From a bacterium (GTDB lineage: Bacteria > Bacteroidota > Ignavibacteria > Kapaibacteriales > Kapaibacteriaceae), in the NCBI GenBank assembly GCA_034440235.1, contig JAWXBR010000017.1, positions 12,566 to 76,565 on the forward strand: a DNA stretch of 64,000 nt, written 5' to 3'. The translations under genes were made by a program, and so were the position numbers. Shown piece by piece: positions 60,190 to 64,000 of the stretch (the stretch's first letter is position 1; the number at the start of each line of letters is the position of its first letter). The notes beneath the pieces were generated by a model that worked only from the letters and a program-made list of their open reading frames with translations, was not told the DNA's origin and made no database searches.

Positions 60190-61635
60190 ATGAGCATAAA
60201 TGGAAGTAAGGGAGCCTCGTTGCTTCCAACGCTGGGACTCTTCACAACAACGACCTTGGTTGTGGGTGGCGTAATCGGATCGGGCATCTTTCGCAACCCG
60301 TCGACAATGGCCGGAATTCTGCACTCTCCGGAATTGCTGTTAGGGGTCTGGGTGGTTGCGGGCATCGTAACGCTGTTTGGGGCGTTGACGAATGCAGAGG
60401 TGTCTGGACTCATTCCGGCAACAGGTGGACAGTACCAATACTTCAGAGCGATGTACGGAGAGTTCACGGCGTTTCTTTATGGCTGGGCACTCTTTGTCGT
60501 TATTCAAACCGGATCGATTGCATCGATCACGTTTGTCTTTGCCGAGTACTTCAATCAGATGTTTCCGCTTTGGCAACTAGAACCCTCTGTGTGGAAGTCA
60601 TTTGCGATTTCAATGCCATTTGCAACCATATATCCTCTCGAAAACATTGGCATCAAACTCCTCACATTTGGAGCAGTTGCGTTACTAACCTTTATTAATT
60701 GTCTTGGCGTAAAGGAAGGCGGACGAGTACAGCTTCTGTTTACCGTTGCGAAGGTCGGAGCAATTCTCTTCCTCGGTATCGCTGCATTTACTGTAGGCAA
60801 TGGTTCGTTTGCCAACATTGTGCAGAGTTCATCTGTTGCAGTTCCAACAGGTACAGCACTTGTGTTAGCGATTGTGATGGCCATGAATAAGGCTCTCTGG
60901 TCGTACGATGGCTGGAATAACGTCACTTACGTCGCAGGTGAAATCAAACAACCACAGCGCAATATTCCGCGTGCGTTAATGATGGGCACCGGAGCAGTAA
61001 TAATTGTCTACGTAATAATAAATCTTGCCTACCTCTACGTGATGCCGATTGACAGCCTTAGTGCCTCATCAAGTGTCGCGGCCGATGCAGCGCGCATTAT
61101 CATGGGTCCGATCGGCTTCACATTCGTAGTTCTTGCAGTAATGATTAGCACCATCGGTACATCGAACGGTACGATTCTAGTCAGCTCGCGCGTGTATTAC
61201 GCCATGGCGAACGAGAACATGTTCTTCCGTCGTGTCGGAAAAATTCATCCGAAGAGCCACACGCCCGTAACGTCGCTCCTCTTCCAACTTGCATGGACAA
61301 CTGTCCTGATTTTTTCGGGCACGTTCGACATGCTTACCGACATGCTCATCTTCGTGAGCTGGATTTTCTATGCGCTCGGAGCATACGGTGTGTTCATACT
61401 GCGCAAAAAAATGCCGGATGCGCCACGTCCATATAAAACATGGGGCTATCCGGCCGTACCAATCATCTTTATCACATTCGCTGCAGCGTTTCTCGTGTTC
61501 TCTGTGCAGTCCGACATTACGAACTACATGAACGGGAGCGCACCTGTCATCAACTGCCTATACGGAGCCATCCTGCTCGCAACCGGAATTCCGTTCTATT
61601 TCTGGTTTAGAAGAGCAGGAAGACTACCTACATAA
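60190..61635 (+). CDS. APC family amino-acid permease
   Basis: IGSGIF, GGQYQY, WSYDGW, GEIKQPQRNIP, RPYK. Confidence 0.92.
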   Translation: MSINGSKGASLLPTLGLFTTTTLVVGGVIGSGIFRNPSTMAGILHSPELLLGVWVVAGIVTLFGALTNAEVSGLIPATGGQYQYFRAMYGEFTAFLYGWALFVVIQTGSIASITFVFAEYFNQMFPLWQLEPSVWKSFAISMPFATIYPLENIGIKLLTFGAVALLTFINCLGVKEGGRVQLLFTVAKVGAILFLGIAAFTVGNGSFANIVQSSSVAVPTGTALVLAIVMAMNKALWSYDGWNNVTYVAGEIKQPQRNIPRALMMGTGAVIIVYVIINLAYLYVMPIDSLSASSSVAADAARIIMGPIGFTFVVLAVMISTIGTSNGTILVSSRVYYAMANENMFFRRVGKIHPKSHTPVTSLLFQLAWTTVLIFSGTFDMLTDMLIFVSWIFYALGAYGVFILRKKMPDAPRPYKTWGYPAVPIIFITFAAAFLVFSVQSDITNYMNGSAPVINCLYGAILLATGIPFYFWFRRAGRLPT

Positions 61636-61663
61636 ATCAGCTCGACATCTTGAAAGTGGTCGA

Positions 61664-62335
61664 CTAAAACAGGAGGCCAACACTAATGCTAAGGAATGAC
61701 TTCGTTGGTTCGTTGTCTTCTTTTCCTATAAGGTTCGCCCACGTCGAACGCAACTCTATAAATGGAAAGAACCCGATAAGGCTTATTCCAATACCAACGG
61801 TGGCATCTGCACCAACGCGATTGGTAGTGGGTTCGAGCTCCTGACCGTTGCTGAACACCTGCGAGAACACGCCCTGACCCTCTGAAATGGTAGTGTTCTG
61901 ATTTACAAACACCGCACCAACACCTACATAAGGCTCCAGCAGCGACAGTGGCATGCGAAAAATGACACCTGCATTTATAGGAATCATGTTTGAGACATTC
62001 TTGATGTTAAGGGTCTGTCCAGATTCGCTTGTAAACGTCATGTCCTGATTCGGAAACCTGTGATAGGCAATTCCGCCAGAGAGACTAAAGTTTTCTGTCA
62101 AACCGAACCGGACACGTCCACCGACGTGGAAGCCCATGCCCGAGGCGAAGTCGAACGCGGTGGTCGGATCCGATTCTGTTGTGACGTTGTAGACGTTTGC
62201 AAAGGCATCGTTCGGGAAGGATGGACCGAAATACGGTCCGAACCGTAAACCCTCCGAATCTCCTCGCGCACTTACAGATAAGGCGCTCGAGATTATTAAT
62301 ACAAAAGCAAGAATGCCAATAGTGAGTCTCCGCAT
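61664..62335 (-). CDS. outer-membrane beta-barrel protein
   Basis: Signal peptide, PYVGVG, terminal Phe. Confidence 0.75.
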   Translation of the reverse strand: MRRLTIGILAFVLIISSALSVSARGDSEGLRFGPYFGPSFPNDAFANVYNVTTESDPTTAFDFASGMGFHVGGRVRFGLTENFSLSGGIAYHRFPNQDMTFTSESGQTLNIKNVSNMIPINAGVIFRMPLSLLEPYVGVGAVFVNQNTTISEGQGVFSQVFSNGQELEPTTNRVGADATVGIGISLIGFFPFIELRSTWANLIGKEDNEPTKSFLSISVGLLF

Positions 62336-62359
62336 GACATACCTCTATATAGATGAAGT

Positions 62360-62403
62360 GCCGCCTACTTCCGAACCTGCAGCCGCCTACTTCCGAACCT
62401 GCA
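62360..62403. repeat. exact 22-bp tandem duplication in a divergent intergenic region
   Basis: gccgcctacttccgaacctgca x2. Confidence 0.88.
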
Positions 62404-62490
62404 ACTTAATGCCATGTCGCGGCACGCACCTAATTACGATGTCCCAACCAACAATCTAGCCTCATGTGTTATTAGTGCGATATTTGTACC

Positions 62491-64000
62491 ATGAAGACCA
62501 TCACCCTCTTAATCTGCCTCAGCTGCTTAGCAGTAATTCACACACCAGTCGCTTATTCTCAAGCCATCATACCACCACCTCGCATCGGCGTATACGGTGG
62601 CTTGAACCTGAACTTCAATAGTCCGTCTATCAAGATGTGGCGCTCGGGTACTACGTTCGAGCCGCAGTTCACTCCGTTCGTGCAGGACTCGCTACGCATC
62701 ACAAACGGCGAGACGGTTATGGCTGCGGCGTTTGGCTTTATTGGTGCGTTCCATTTAACAGACAAGATTCACCTCTCGCTTCGCGCCGGCTATAATTCGT
62801 TAAGTACGAGCGCCTCTGCGGAGCAGACCCTTGCCCCAACAACGGTAACACATGACTTTACATCGTCGATGAGCGCGCTTGAACTCTCGCCTGTCGTAGA
62901 GTTTTACGGACTCTTGCCGAACGTGAGTCTGCATCCGCTGGTGGGATTGGAATTTGGAATCCCACTATCGGGCACGTACCGACACGAAGCCACAGCCGTC
63001 TCACAAAACACAACCACGTCGCAAGTGTTCGATGACAACGTAACAGTGCCGAACACGAGCATGCGTGCTGCCCTCTTACTTGGAGTTGGCTACACATTCC
63101 GCCTTGGTGATTCATGGTATTTGCAGCCTGAAGTCAGCTATCGCATACCATTAACGAGTGTATCGTCGGCATCTGACTTTACGCCATGGAAGATCTCGCA
63201 ACTGCGCGTTGGTATGAACATCATGTTCGGCTTCAGTAAGAAGGATGACGTCGTTAGCAGCGACAAATCGAGGCTCGACGTCGGGTTCGATCGGGTGACG
63301 ACGTACGATGCAAACGGACGCGAAGTGAACGTGTCGCAACTAAGTCTCGAAGATGTGCGCTACAACGAAATGTTTCCGCTTGTGCCTTATGTGTTCACGG
63401 GCGAGAACAAAACACAGCCCGATAGTGCACTGCAACAAGGTGGATTCGAAAGCTTTAGCGGTGGTGGCGGCTTCAATCCAGAGCAACTGCCTCTCGATGC
63501 TATCGAAGTAAATCGCAACCTGCTGAACGTCGTTGGTGCACGCATGAAGAAATACAGCAATGCAACGCTTACGGTTACTGGCACAACCGATGGCAAGACC
63601 GAATCGCCGTCGCGCGAGCTCGCTGCAGCACGTGCAGCATGGGCAAAAAATTACCTAGTAAATACCAGCGGCATCGATGCAAGTCGGATTGCAACCACAA
63701 CAACAACCACGCCAGTGAAGCCTTCGTCTGCGAACGACCCCGACGGCATTGCAGAAAACAGACGCATCGAACTTGCCAGCAACGTGCCTGATGTACTTGC
63801 TCCGCTCATCATTACGACTGATAACCAGCGCGTGGCACGTCCGGACGTTGTTGTGTTCCATGCAAAGGTTAATAGCGACGACTCGATTCGCTCATGGACG
63901 CTAACCGTAACACAAGCAGGCAAGGTGTTGCGCGAAATGTCGAGCCGTGGACGTCCGACCGCAATTACATGGGCCATCAAGCCGAACGAACTAAGCGACC
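62491..64000 (+). CDS. OmpA-family outer-membrane protein, paralogue of 57390-59378 (runs off the window edge)
   Basis: Manual translation MKTITLLICLSCLAV...RIGVYGGLNLN...LQPEVSYR...FPLVPYVF...TVTGTTDG...ENRRIE. Confidence 0.85.
   Translation, partial: MKTITLLICLSCLAVIHTPVAYSQAIIPPPRIGVYGGLNLNFNSPSIKMWRSGTTFEPQFTPFVQDSLRITNGETVMAAAFGFIGAFHLTDKIHLSLRAGYNSLSTSASAEQTLAPTTVTHDFTSSMSALELSPVVEFYGLLPNVSLHPLVGLEFGIPLSGTYRHEATAVSQNTTTSQVFDDNVTVPNTSMRAALLLGVGYTFRLGDSWYLQPEVSYRIPLTSVSSASDFTPWKISQLRVGMNIMFGFSKKDDVVSSDKSRLDVGFDRVTTYDANGREVNVSQLSLEDVRYNEMFPLVPYVFTGENKTQPDSALQQGGFESFSGGGGFNPEQLPLDAIEVNRNLLNVVGARMKKYSNATLTVTGTTDGKTESPSRELAAARAAWAKNYLVNTSGIDASRIATTTTTTPVKPSSANDPDGIAENRRIELASNVPDVLAPLIITTDNQRVARPDVVVFHAKVNSDDSIRSWTLTVTQAGKVLREMSSRGRPTAITWAIKPNELSD

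Overview
Bacterial chromosomal DNA, most likely from the FCB group (Bacteroidota/Chlorobiota-like, e.g. Kapabacteria). This rests on PorZ and T9SS C-terminal domains, a fused 2-oxoacid dehydrogenase E1, type III glutamine synthetase and recurrent TAnnTTTG promoter elements. Most of the window is housekeeping (gmk, yicC, PNP, ribD, NFACT/RqcH, speA, fur, topA, glnA, mtgA, rluD, lspA, ileS, murI, dpp/opp permeases, holA, ribH, porZ) plus envelope proteins. The accessory part is a 5.7-kb element in tRNA-Leu(GAG), bounded by 33-bp att repeats. It encodes a tyrosine integrase, an excisionase, an AAA helicase, a TerS-like HTH protein and a TM2 cargo gene, and carries a dif-like site, an IS3 remnant and a 159-bp internal duplication. 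It looks like a phage satellite. Two other signals stand out. (1) A histone-H1-like ORF is joined to a DksA/TraR ORF by a -1 shift at an A10 run (candidate programmed recoding). (2) Tiny ORFs repeatedly bridge operon gaps from stop codon to start codon, often with ATGA overlaps and built from short tandem duplications (candidate translational-coupling relays). All calls come from reading the sequence; no searches were run.
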